From positions 434,001-498,000 of the forward strand of contig CBFFRQ010000089.1 of the NCBI GenBank assembly GCA_965644315.1: 64,000 nucleotides of DNA. Reading direction: 5' to 3'. This document shows, piece by piece, positions 52,233-64,000 of this stretch. The stretch is from Caecitellus pseudoparvulus (lineage: Eukaryota; Protista; Bigyra: Bicosoecida). The translations under genes and the position numbers were made by a program. Every line of letters starts with the position of its first letter. Within the stretch, counting starts at the first letter, position 1. Below the pieces are notes generated by a model. The model had not been told where the DNA came from and did no database searches. It worked only from the letters and a program-made list of their open reading frames with translations.

Positions 52233-55200
52233 ATGAAGCTGCTCAGCACGATGCTCCTGCTGGGGGCACAAGCTGCACTTGTGTACGGCCAGACTCCCAC
52301 AAACTGTCCCTTTGGATGGTCGGTGTCAGACATCGGAGGGCAGGGCCACTTCTGCTACAAGTGCGTTCGGCGTGCTGCACTGTCAGCGTTTCCCTGCCCG
52401 CGCACTGCTCCGTCGAACGTGGCCTGCGATTGCCCTCGACGGGCGGGCTGTCGTCCCTCTTCACACATGGGAATGCCGGAACTACGTTTGTTTGCTCGGT
52501 CGATGTCTTGCCGCACCTCACGCTGTCTCCATCCCACGCCACAGGTTGGTGCAAGCTCAGCAGCCTTGGCAGACCGCTGAATCCGACTGTGTCGCCCAGG
52601 GAGGGCACCTTGCCTCCGTCTGGAACGAACAAGAACGAGATCTCATCTACACTCTCTGCTCGTGCGTGCGCCAGTGCCCCGTCTGGCGCCGGCACTCCGC
52701 CATGAGCGCCTTGCGCCGCGTCACTTCCTTGTTGCGCCGCCGCCATGCACAGGGCTTCTCCGAGCAACCAGTGCTGGACTGGAGGTAATGACCGATCAAC
52801 TGAGGGCACATGGAGGTGGTCCGATGGCAGCTCGCGGTCTTACATCAACAGCTTCTGGTCCTCCGGCCAGCCCGACAACATGGGGGTGTGTTGGTGCTGC
52901 GACGTGCTGGTGCTCTGGTTCAGCACCCAACACTGCGATGCTCCCGCCCCCCTCGGCACAGAACCAAGACTGCCAAGTCATGTGGGATGCAGAGGATCCA
53001 GAGGCCTCCGCGGACGACCTCGGCTGTGGCTCCGCTCGAGACTACATCTGCAAGATGCCTGGTGCGTGCCGGGACTGCTTCCCACGCTGCTCCTCAGCCT
53101 TGCACACACCAGTCGCCCCCCACTCCCTCTCGCAGCTGGCTGCCCACCTGGTAGCTACAAGAGCGGCAACTCCTGTGTGGGCTGCCCGGCCGGGCGATAC
53201 TCCCCCAGCATCCTGAACACCGGGGTGGGTGGCTGCCTCGGCTGTGACCCCGGCCGGTACGGCTCCACCACGGGCCTCACCACACCGCTGTGCACGGGCA
53301 AGTGTGCCAACGGGCACTACTGCCCCAGTGGCTCATCCACCTCTGCCAACGCATTCAACTGCCCCGCGGGAAGGTACGGCCTGACCCCAGGGGGCGCGTC
53401 CCACGGCCTGGGATCAGCAGCTTGCTCTGGGAACTGTGCTGCTGGCTGGTACTGTGGCGTGGAAGAGACGTCCAGCACACCCGCAGGCCAGCAGTGCCAG
53501 CCGGGGTTCTATGGAGTGGGCGGCGAGAGCACTCCCACCTGCGCTGGCATGTGCCAGGCCGGCTACTACTGCACTGCCGGCTCGCCCCGTGCCGACCAGA
53601 ACGCCTGCGGTGCTGAGGACAAGTTCTGCCCTGAAGGCTCCAGTGCACCCCAGGATGTGGACGTGGGGCACTACTCCACCCCCACTAGCTCCCCCGTCAC
53701 CACTCGTTCAGGCCAGGCTGTGTGCGAGGCAGGGTACTACTGTGCCAACGGCCGCCGCACCGGCTGCCCTGCTGGCCGTTACTCTGGCGCTATTGCCGCC
53801 ACATCCTCAGCTACCTGCAGTGATTGTGACCGTGGGTTCTTCTGCCCTCTGGCATCAACGCAGCCCACTGAGACGCCCTGTGGCGCCGCACAGCCCGCGG
53901 GCCAAGAGGCGGCCGTGTACTGCCCAGCAGGCACCAGCAGCCGTCTGGCTGTGCCTCCTGGACACCAGAGTCTGCCGGCGGATGCCCCCGTGGACCAGCG
54001 CTGGGACACCCGGCCTTGCCCTCAGGGCCACAACTGCATCTTCGGCATCGCGTACCCCCTCATCCAGTTCACCAGCGGCTGCACCACCCCCGCACCTGCC
54101 CAAGGCCCTTTCCCTGGCTCCACCTTCACTGGCACCCTGTTCGTGGACGAGAACCAGCCGTTCCTGTTCAACCTGGACTACGTGGACCAGGACCCTGGCG
54201 TGGCGCCGGTGTTCCAGGGCGCGCGGCCACTGTCTGGCTTCCAGTACGGGGCGGCATGCCCTGGACAGGCCACCTTCGGAACCGCCTTCACCTCCACCCC
54301 CGTCACGACGAACCCTCTCAACGGGCAGCTGCGCATCGAGCTGCCCAGCGCAGGCTTCAACTACGAGGGCTGCGAGGTGGCCGGCGTGGACTTCGTGTAC
54401 GAGCAGGGCGGCTTCGAGTACACCTGCCGCATGATGATTACAGTGGAGAACGTGAATGACGCACCGCAGTTCCTGCCTGACTCGGCCGTGCGGTCCATTG
54501 AGGAGAACTCCAAGGTGGGCGTGCCAGTGGGCCCCCGTGTGCCGGCGCTGAACGAGGACGACGGCCAGGAGCTCGCCTTCAGCATCATCCCCTCCAGCGA
54601 CCCGTACGGGTACTTCTCCATCTCCGTCTGCTCCGGGCAGATCTTCGCGGCGGTGAGCGACATCTCTTACGAGCAAGCGCTCTGCTCGCCACTGCCCTTC
54701 GTGGACCTGCAGGTGGAGGTGGTGGACAACGGCATCCCCCCCCGCTCCGCCATCCGCACGGTGCGTGTGAACATCATCAACATCAACGAGCCCCCTGTCT
54801 TCCTCACCACCACCGGCACGGCCGAAAATGACAACCTGGGCTATGGCTTCCAGGTGTCTGAGGACGTCACCGTGCCGCACATGGTGGGCGTCGCGGCCGC
54901 CATGGACCCTGACTGCCTGCCCCTCACATGGTCCCTGGAGCAGCGCAACGGGCAGGCCAACTTCAAGAGCAACCCTGAGTTCACCATCGCGCCCGGGACA
55001 GGCTCCATCTCAGCGGTGCGGGCCCTGGACTACGAGTCTGTGGAGGAGTACGCCTTCACCCTGCGCGTGCAAGACCAGTTCCCGCTGGGTGTGCCTGGGT
55101 TCGAGGTGCCCCTCAGCAACGAGCTGGTGATTGAGGTCTTGGACGCCAACGACGCGCCGGCGGTCACGGCAGTGAACCTGAACGTGCCCGAGGATGCCCA

Positions 55201-58200
55201 GATCGGCGACCCCGTCAACGGCTACATCCTCATCACGGACCCCGAGACCAACCCGGGCCGGGCAGCCGTCACGTCGGTTGTCACCTCCGGCCCCAACTCA
55301 AACATGTTCACGGCAGTGCCCCTGGCACCCGGCGCCGGCGGCTCACCCGCCAACGTCACCGCCTATGGACTGGAGGTGCTGGTGGCAGGGTTCGACTTCG
55401 AGACTGCGTCCAGCTACACCTTCCAAGTGACGGTGACGGATGTGGGCGTGGGGCACCCCGACGCCTCCACCACCATCACCGTCACTGTGCAGATCACTGA
55501 CGTGAACGAGCCGCCCATCTTCCCTGTCGGTGGTCCCATGCCCTTCGAGGTGTTCGTGCCTGAGAACACCATCGCTGGCACACGCCTCCTGGCTCAGGCC
55601 CTGCAGTACACGGAGCCCGACGTCGGCCAAACCGCCGACTTCCTGGTCCGCAACTACACCTCCACGTTCGACGTGGACGCCGTCAGCGGAGTCCTGCGCT
55701 TGACGCAGAACGTCCTGAACTACGAAGCGCAGAACCAGTACGGCCTTGTGCTGTCGGCACAGGACAAGGGAGTGCCCGCGCTGTCCACGGATGCCACCCT
55801 GGCTGTGCACGTCACCAACGTGAACGAGCCCCCCTCTGTGGTGCCAGGCCAGGTCTTCACAGTGCCTGAGAACCACCCCGCCGGCGCCGTCATTGGCTCA
55901 GTCATCGTGGCAGACCAGGACTCCCTCATCCCCGCCGAGGGGGAGGTGCACACCTGGACCCACCTGGCTGGTGAAGGTCTGCACAACCCCCGTGCGTACT
56001 TCGTCTCCGGCGGCACACAGTTCCTGGGCATCGACCTGTTCAAGGTGAACTCCTCCACCGGCGAGGTGCGAGTGAACGATGGCGTGAACACGGACGTGTG
56101 GACCAGCCTGTTGGACTTCGAGGACATCCAGGAGTACACCGTTGAGGTGTTCGTGCACGACGCTGGCATCGCGGGTGGCCCAGTGTTCAACGCCTCAGGC
56201 ACCTTCAAAGTTCAACTCACCAACGTGCAAGAGGCGCCATTGCTGGTGCCACGCCCTGACGGCTCAGCCCAGGTGCGCGCGGTGGCCGAGTCGGCGCCCA
56301 GCGGCACGAACGTGGGCCCACCTCTGCAGATCCTGGACCAGGAGAACCAGACGTACTCTTGTGCGTTCGTGACCCCCACAACGGAGTGGTCCTTCGCCCC
56401 TGGCCCCGGTTGCCAGGTGCAGGCGGCACAGCCGGTGCAGACGCTGAGTGGGGCACAGCCTGAGCCGCTCACCCGGGAGTACACCATCTCCATCAACGAC
56501 ACGGGATCCCCCCCCCGCACGACAACGACCATTCTGAACATCACCATCGCAGACAACAACCAGTACCCTGTCTTCTCGGACCACGCTGTGTCTGTGCGAG
56601 AGGATGCTCCCTTGGACTCCATCGCTGGAGACGTCGGCATGGCATCCTACGTGACGGACGTGAACACTGACCAGACCCACCAGTTCTTCATCCTCTCTTT
56701 CGACCCCGTGAACACCAACACCTGGTTCTACATCGCCGCCGACAACATCAACGCAGGCAACATCTCTGTGGGTGCGCCGCTGAATTACGAGGCGCACCCC
56801 TCTGTCACACTGGGCGTGCAGACACAGGACAACGGCAAGGGTGGCGGCCTCACAGACACAGCCACGTGGACTGTGAACCTCTTGAACGTGAACGAGCCCC
56901 CTTCCTGGATCGCCCAGGCTCCCATCTCCTTCCCCGAGACTGTGTTGGGCGGCTCCACTGTCGGGCAGACCATCGGCAGCGTGTCCTGGCAGGACGAAGA
57001 CAGCACATCTGGGGATTCCTGGACAGTGTCCATCGCCCCCAGCACCGCGGACCCCGCGCCCGTCTACTTGGCGGTTGACAACAGCGGCAGCATCACCATC
57101 GCACAGCCTGTCGACCACGAAGCCCATGGCACCCTGTCCTACAACTTCACAGTGTGCGACTCTGGCAACGCGCTGCCTCCGCCTGGTGTCGCGCCGGGCA
57201 CCCCCCTCTGTGCGTCCGCTGTCTTTGACTTCATCGTGCAGGACGTGAACGAACCGCCCACCGTGGTGGCCAACACCCTGCTGGTGGAGGAGGCGTCGGC
57301 GCCCGGCGCCACTCTGAAGATGGAGGTGAACGGCAGCAACCCCCTGCCTGCTCTCATCACCTGGTCCGACCCGGATGACCCCTCCACGCCTTTCGGGCAG
57401 GTGACCTTCTCCATCATCGCGGGGGATGCCGTGCACTTTGTCGTGTCCAACACCGGCTACGTGCAGCTGGCCCAGGTGGTGGACTTTGAGAACCTGCAGC
57501 AGCACACCTTCACCGTGCAGGTGGAGGACAACCCTGGCGGTTCTCCTCGTTTCTCTGACTCTGCTGTGTACACAGTGCAGGTAGTGGATGACAACGACCT
57601 CACCGGGGCAGTGTACAATGGAGGCGGCCAGCTGGTGCACCCCACCACTGGCACCTCTGACCATGTCGTCTTCTTCAACGGCACGAACATGGGCCCCACC
57701 CAGTCGTGGCTTGCCTCCGCGTCAGGCGCCAACCCCTCCCTGAGCAGCCTCATCGAGTACAAGGCCTTCGTGTCCTTCAGCACTTCCCCTTCCCAGCCCT
57801 ACCCTCCCACCGGCTCCCCCACCAACACCAAGGAGGTGACTTGTGTCAGCATCACAGCCAACACGGCCATCGCCTGCGCCGTGCCCTCTGGTGTGGGGCG
57901 GCTGACGTGGCAGCTGCAGACCCGCGTGCCCCTTGTGGATGCGTCCTGGAGTGTCATTCCCGGTCAATTCTCTACCCAGGTGTACACTGCCCAGGGCACG
58001 ACAGATTACGCCGCGCCATCCGTGACAGGTGTGGTGCTGGCCTCTGGCCAGCTGTCTACGACTGGTGGACAGTCAGTGGTCATTACGGGCACGAGCTTGG
58101 GCCCAGCCGACACGCAGTACGAGAATGGCGATGTCCGGTACGGTGTGGCGGAGCCGTACTTCGTGGCTGAGTCTTGCACCGTGACGACGGCGCACACTCA

Positions 58201-61200
58201 GCTGACCTGCCAGACCCAGGTGGGTGTGGGGTCAGACATGTTCATCCTGCTGCGCACTGGTGGCAAGGGCGCCTCCCCGTCGCCCTTCACGCCCTCCAAC
58301 CCTGCCATGTCCTACGGCCGCCCTGCCATCTCCTCTGTCACTGTGTGGCGTGCCGGCATGCAGCAGCCCAAGCTGGCCACCGCTGGCGGTGACACCATCC
58401 GCATCATCGGCAGCAACTTCGGCCCTGCCCGCCTGCTGCTGGCCAATAACAACGGCGTGACGCAGGACATGCCTGTGGTAGTGGAGGTGGAGTACGGCCT
58501 GCCCCGCGGGGAGGACTTGACCTACCCTGGCAGCAGCCCCATGCGCTTCCAAGCCCTGGCCTGCACGCACAACGTCGCCCCCCACACTCAGATCAACTGT
58601 CTGGCTCCTCCAGGCACCGGCGGCAACCTCGTCGTCCGTGTCGCCGTCAAGGTCACCTACCCCGGCGGTGCCCAGGAGTTCCAATACTCCCAGCTCACCA
58701 ACACCACTGTCGTGTCATACCAGGGCCCGCTCCTGGACCAAGTCACGGGCCCCGGCTCGCGGCAGGGTGGCACCCTTGGAAACGAGCTCATCCGCGTCAT
58801 TGGCCGCAACTTTGGCGCCGTGACACCAGTCATGGGCTCCAACGGCGGCTTCTCTTGCACCACCGCGGCCGACCCCAACCAAGTGACGGCTGCAGACATC
58901 CCCATTGTTCGATACGGCCGCCCTGGGACTGGTCAGCGCCGCTTCACTGCGCGGTACTGCATCGTGAAGTCCGACTCTGTGATTGAGTGCTGCAGTGCCC
59001 CGGGCACTGGTGCTCAGTTCGAGTACACCGTGGAGCTGGATGGGCAGGTGTCCCCTGCGCACTACGAGCCCGAGAGCGGGTACCACCCGCCTGTGGTGAC
59101 TGGGTACCTCAACGCTGATGCCACTGGCCCCGCTGAGCTGTCCCCCACGCCAGGTGATGCCGTGGTGGTGCTGCAGGGTGCCAACTTCGGTGACGGCACG
59201 CAGTGGATCGACAGTGTTGAGTACGGCAAGGACGGGCAGAAGGACTACGACGCCTCCAACTGTGCCATGGTGCCCGGCTACCTGCACACGCGCATCCAGT
59301 GCCGCACGGTGCAAGGCGCTGGGGCGGGCCTGTCCTGGACCGTCACTGTGGACGGCCTGGAGAGCGAGGCGCCGTCCACGAGCTACGGCCCCCCCGTCAT
59401 CACTGGCTTCGCAGGGGCAGCAGCTGTCAACGCCAGCACGCTGGGTGGGCAGGTGGTGGAGCTGCTGGGGTACAACTTTGGCCCCCAGATGGGCGAGGTG
59501 TCCAATGAGGTCCCCGCCGGCCCTGGCTCCGTGAACAAGACGCACACCTTCCTGGACTGGGTGAGGTATGGCCCAGTCACCGGTGAGGAGTACCGCCCTG
59601 ACAACTGCACGGTCTTGTCGCACACGCGCATCTCCTGCGTCACCAAGCCAGGCTCGGGCAAGGACCACACGTGGACTGTGCGTGTGGAGGGCCGCACTGG
59701 CCCAGGGTCTGCCGTCAAGTGGTCCTACGCTGCCCCCGTGCTGAGCGGCATCACGACGCCGCCTGCTGGTGTGCCCACCACCGGCGGTGTCCTGGGCGCG
59801 CTGCAAGGCACCAACCTTGGCACCCAGGACCCCCTTGCATCCGCCTATGTCCAGATTCGCCTCGCCAAGGACGGCGGTGCTGTCATCCGCGCAGAAGTGC
59901 AAAGCATGAGCGTCCTGCCTGGCGGCCTGGAGCAGGTCACATTCTTTTTCCCTGAAGGGTATGGCTTCCACGCCCAGGCACGCCTGGTGGTGGACGGCGC
60001 CCAGCTGCAGTACTCCAACTTCATCTCCTTCAATTACGCCGCTCCCATCTGGTCTGGGTACAAGGTGCGCGGGGACACGCTGGCGGCTTTCGTGCGTGTG
60101 GAGGCGCTGGGCGAGAACTTCGCCGCAGGCCCCATCAACAACGCCGGTTTCCCAATCGCCCGTCTGTTCAACGGCCCCTTTGAGGTGCCGGCCGAGAACA
60201 TCCTGTCTTGGGACCACACCCGCCTGGAGTTCAAGCTGCTGCGGCCTTCCTCTGGCAGCAGCGGTGCTGGCGCGGGGGAGTCCCACGTTCCCGTGGACAT
60301 CCAGGTGTTCAAGGCGACTGAGGAGGTGCCCATCATGCAGGATGTCACGACCACTGTGACCGACAACGTGACCACCTTCGTGAACGGCACTGCTACCTGG
60401 CAGATTGTCTCGTACAACGTCACCACGCAGGTGCCCACCGGCAACAGCAGCGTGGAGGATGTGTACCACGAGGCATCCCGATCTGTAGAGATGGAGCCGC
60501 CTTCCTTCGCCTCCCGTGAGAGCATCTCGTCAGAGCCCCTGGACACTGCCGGTGGTACACGCATCCACTTCCAGGTGCGGGGCATCACGAACAACACCGC
60601 AGACTTGGACGTGTTCGTCGGACCGGGGACCCTGCTGTACGGACCAGCGGACGGCTACGCCAGCACCACGCCACGGTACCGCGACAACCGCTGCACCGAC
60701 CTCGCCATCACATACTGCCTGGAGGATGCAGCTGCGCTGGCCGTGTGCTGTGACGGGGCACCTGGCTGTGTCGCTGCAGATCGCGAGGACACGTTCTACG
60801 TCGAGTGCACTGCGCCAGCAGGGCAAGGCACTCGCAACCGCCTGCGTGCAGTGTTTGCTACTGGCGCCGATATCGGGCTGGGCAGCAGCAACTCCTCAGC
60901 AGACCAAGTGTACATGGAGTACAAGCAGCCCATGATTGACGACATCACCTTCACCACCAGCTCCGGGGCCCTGTCTGGCCGTGCCCTGCAGAGCGGCACC
61001 GTCGTGAACGGGCTCGTGGACAAGGCTGGCCTGCGCGAGACTGGGACGGTGCGTGACAATGGGCGCAACGAGCTGGCCTTCATCTTCAACATGCCCACGG
61101 ACACGGCGTACCTGCACATTGCCGGTGCCAACCTGGGCATGTCTGCCGGCATGAAGGTGATTTCCCCTGGTGGCCTTCCCGGCGCCACAGACGACTTCAT

Positions 61201-64000
61201 GCCCCGGCCCTCAGGGCCCGGCGCCAGCTTGAACCCTTCTCACACTCTGGCTGCGGTGGCAGTGCCGCCCGGCATCAACGGCCTGTCTCTGTCAGACGAC
61301 CGCATCATGGAGTTCCAGGTGTGTGATACGTACGGCTGTGGCCAACTGGCGGATGTGTCTGGGCAGATCGGCTCCCTGAACTTCACCGCGCAGCAGTACA
61401 ACACGGACATCGGCGCAGGGGACCCGCCTGCCACGTGCCGTGATGTCGGCTGCACGGGTGTCGGCCGCCGCATCTCCTTCACCTACGCCGCACCTGTCCT
61501 GTTCAAGGGCACTGTGAAGCTGCCCACCACTGGTGGTGCAGCCCTGGCCCTCAACGGCGCAAACTTCGGACCTGCCTCCCTTGCCAGTGCCGTGTCAGTC
61601 ACCGTGGCTGGGCAAGCCTGCCCTCTGCGCCTGACCCCCGGCGGCGACCGCATGGTCAACCCTGGCGCCTCACCTCACAACCAGATTGTGTGCGACATGC
61701 CCCCTGGGGTTGGCGCCAGCATGGATGTGTCTGTCACGGTTGGCAGCCAAACTGTGTCGGTGCCCTCCGGGACAGACCCCGACTTCAGCATCGGGTACCT
61801 GCCTCCCCGCGTGTTCAACATGTTCCCACGCACTGGGCCCACCAACGGCGCATTGAACCTGACGCTGACTGGTGAGAACTTTGGCACAGACCCCAGCAAG
61901 GTGGTGGTGCGCCTGCGCTCCAACCCCGCTGACGTCGCTGTGGGCCGTGAGGAGGACGTGGAGTCACCCCTGGTCTCTTTCGTGAACGACACCACCATCG
62001 TCTTCACCCTGCCCGAGGGACAGGGTGGTGCCAAGGTCGTGGAGGTGCTGGCTGGCGGCCAGAGCTCTCTCGTGTCTGCGCTGCAGCCTGCGCCCGCCAG
62101 CGCCTGGCCACCCGCTGCCTACTCCCAGTTCGTCTTCGACTACCTGCCCCCCAGGGTGGCGTCTGTGTCCCCCAACTGCGACACGTTCGGCTGCACCATC
62201 ACCATCCGTGGCGAGAACTTTGGCAAGCGTGACTGCAACGCAGCTGGCCCCGTCACCCGCAACAGCACCGCCGACGACCCCGTGCAGGTGGCTGTGCGTG
62301 TGCGGCAGGGTTCCGACGAGGCCCGCGGCCCAGATGACATGGAGTACAACTGTGTGCCCCAGTGCGCCGGCCACACCCACGACGAGTTCCAGTGCGTCCT
62401 GGACCCCGGCATGGGGCGGGAGCTGGATGTGTATGTGCGCATCGGCAGCAAGGAGGCGCCCATCGACGCCAGCGCCGGCACGTACTCCTATGCGGCCCCC
62501 ATCCTCACCTCCACAGTCAGCTCCTATGTCTCTGCCCGGGGCGCTGTGAACTTGACTTTCTACGGCAAGAGCATGGGCATTCCGGAGCGGTCTCCAGCCC
62601 GCGTCTTCGTGGGTGGCAAGGAGTGCCTGAACGCCACCGTGGCCACCATCGACGCTGCCAACCGTGCCCAGAGCCTCAAGTGCCTGCGTCCCGAGACAGA
62701 CACCATCGGTGCCAAGGAGGTGCGCTTCGAGCTGGCCTTCCAGCCAGAGCAGTCCGTGGCAGCCGCGGACGGTTTGCTGCAGTTCAATTGCCCTGATGGG
62801 CACTACGGCCAGCCTGGCGAGCTCTGCGAGCCTTGCCCCATCGGTGGCGTGTGCGAACCCCATCGCGTGTCCTGCGTACAGTTCATCAACGACACTCGGT
62901 ACGGCACGGAAGTGTGCACGCAGTACATGGCGCCGTACGCGCAGCCAGAGCACTGGCGCCTGACCCTGCCGACACCCAACCGTTTCTGCGATCAGCTGAA
63001 CCGCGGCAACCGCACGTACCCCAACAACGGCACATGCTTCTTCTTCGCCGGGTGCGACCCGCCCAACGCCTGCGCCGGGCGAAACTTGTGCACGGAGGGC
63101 TACAAAGGTGAGCGATGTGGGCAGTGTGTGCTGGGTTTCTTCCGCCTGGATGGTGAGTGCGTGAAGTGCCCCGACCTGGCAGGGCTGTACATCGCTTTGT
63201 TCGTCATCGGCATCCTCGTTATTTGCGCCGGCGGCTACTGGCTGAACAAGCAGAACATCAACCTCGCCTTCATCTCCATCGGCGTGGACTATCTGCAGGT
63301 GCTGGCGCTGTTCGCGCGCACCAAGATTGCCTGGCCTCCCGTCATCAAGAACCTCTTCCGCTTCATGTCCGTCTTCAACCTGAACATCGACTTGGCCGCG
63401 CCCGAGTGCCTGAACCCCGAGATGCAGTATGACGTCAAGTGGGCCGCCATCATGCTGCTGCCCGTCCTCATCGCTTCGGTGTTCTTCCTGGTGTACCTTG
63501 TGAACTACCTGTACAAGCGCTGCATCTTGAAGGTGGCAGCAGAGAAGCGCAACTCCCACATGCCGCAGTTGGTGGGCGTGTGCCTGACCATGTTCTACTT
63601 GCTGTACCTGTACCTCACCCGCACCACCTTTGACATCTTCAACTGCAGCCCCACCAACCCGGATGACGGCTTCCAGTACATGGAGGTGGTCTTCGAGAAG
63701 TGCTGGGAGAGTGACCTGCACAACCGCCTCTTCCCCGGTGCCATCGTTACCCTCATCGTGTATGTCATCGCGTACCCAGTCGGTGTTGGCTACGTCCTGT
63801 ACAGCAACAAGGACACAGTGAAGGTGGACCAGCTGCTGCGCGCGCAGTACCTGGGCGACGAAGCCAAGACCAGCACCCGCACCACGTACAGCTTCCGCAA
63901 GATGGCGGAGAAGCTGTACCGTAACTTCAAGCCTGGCAAGTGGTACTGGCAGGTCATCATTATCGCCCGCAAGTTCTTCATCGCCGTCACGTCCCTGCTC
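52233..64000 (+). CDS. Giant multidomain surface receptor (3'-partial): signal peptide, C-type lectin, Cys-rich repeats, ~10 cadherin repeats, ~13 IPT/TIG repeats, EGF-like Cys region, multi-pass TM domain
   Basis: Exons 52233-52360, 52545-52661, 52753-52885, 52962-53061, then 53136 to the window end in one frame (codons at positions 2 mod 3). The ORF track lists no + ORF in that frame there, consistent with no stop codon. Cadherin linkers include ENVNDAPQF, NINEPPVF, LDYE, DANDAP, DVNEPP. IPT motifs include TTGG..V.ITG.NFG. TM region includes DYLQV..IAWP and YRNFKPGKWYWQVIIIARK. Confidence 0.9.

Noticed and set aside
56264-63721. Long minus-strand ORFs (56264-57664, 58715-60469, 61964-63721)
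   Set aside because: Antisense shadows of the strongly codon-biased plus-strand receptor exon; His/Gly/Val-rich with no domain motifs.

Overview
GC-rich, gene-dense eukaryotic genomic DNA with short GT-AG spliceosomal introns (donors mostly GTGCG/GTGAG/GTACG, acceptors (Y)CAG). No prokaryotic operon, rRNA, tRNA, CRISPR or transposase signal was recognised. Composition and gene content suggest a heterotrophic protist, possibly a stramenopile; this is inference only. I assembled about 24 gene models by hand from the reading frames and splice sites. Housekeeping-type genes include Cwc2, cyclophilin, an atypical E2F, an MKP1-like phosphatase, a spinster-like MFS transporter, glutathione reductase, Ubc9, mitochondrial MDH, a TCAIM-like protein, Cbp3/UQCC1 and a DNAJC9-like protein. 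The main points of interest: (1) a giant surface receptor (at least ~3,780 aa, truncated by the window end, missing from the ORF track) with signal peptide, QPD-type C-type lectin, Cys-rich repeats, ~10 cadherin repeats, ~13 IPT/TIG repeats and a multi-pass membrane domain; (2) an intronless gene with archaeo-eukaryotic primase (AEP)-like catalytic motifs; (3) a tandem triplicate of polytopic membrane proteins, two carrying an F-box, with mosaic divergence; (4) a PH + AIR9-like Ig + WW protein; (5) a 4xWW/EF-hand gene built by exon duplication; (6) a 6-nt microexon in cyclophilin; (7) convergent genes with overlapping stop codons. Domain calls come from motif recognition by eye, not database searches.
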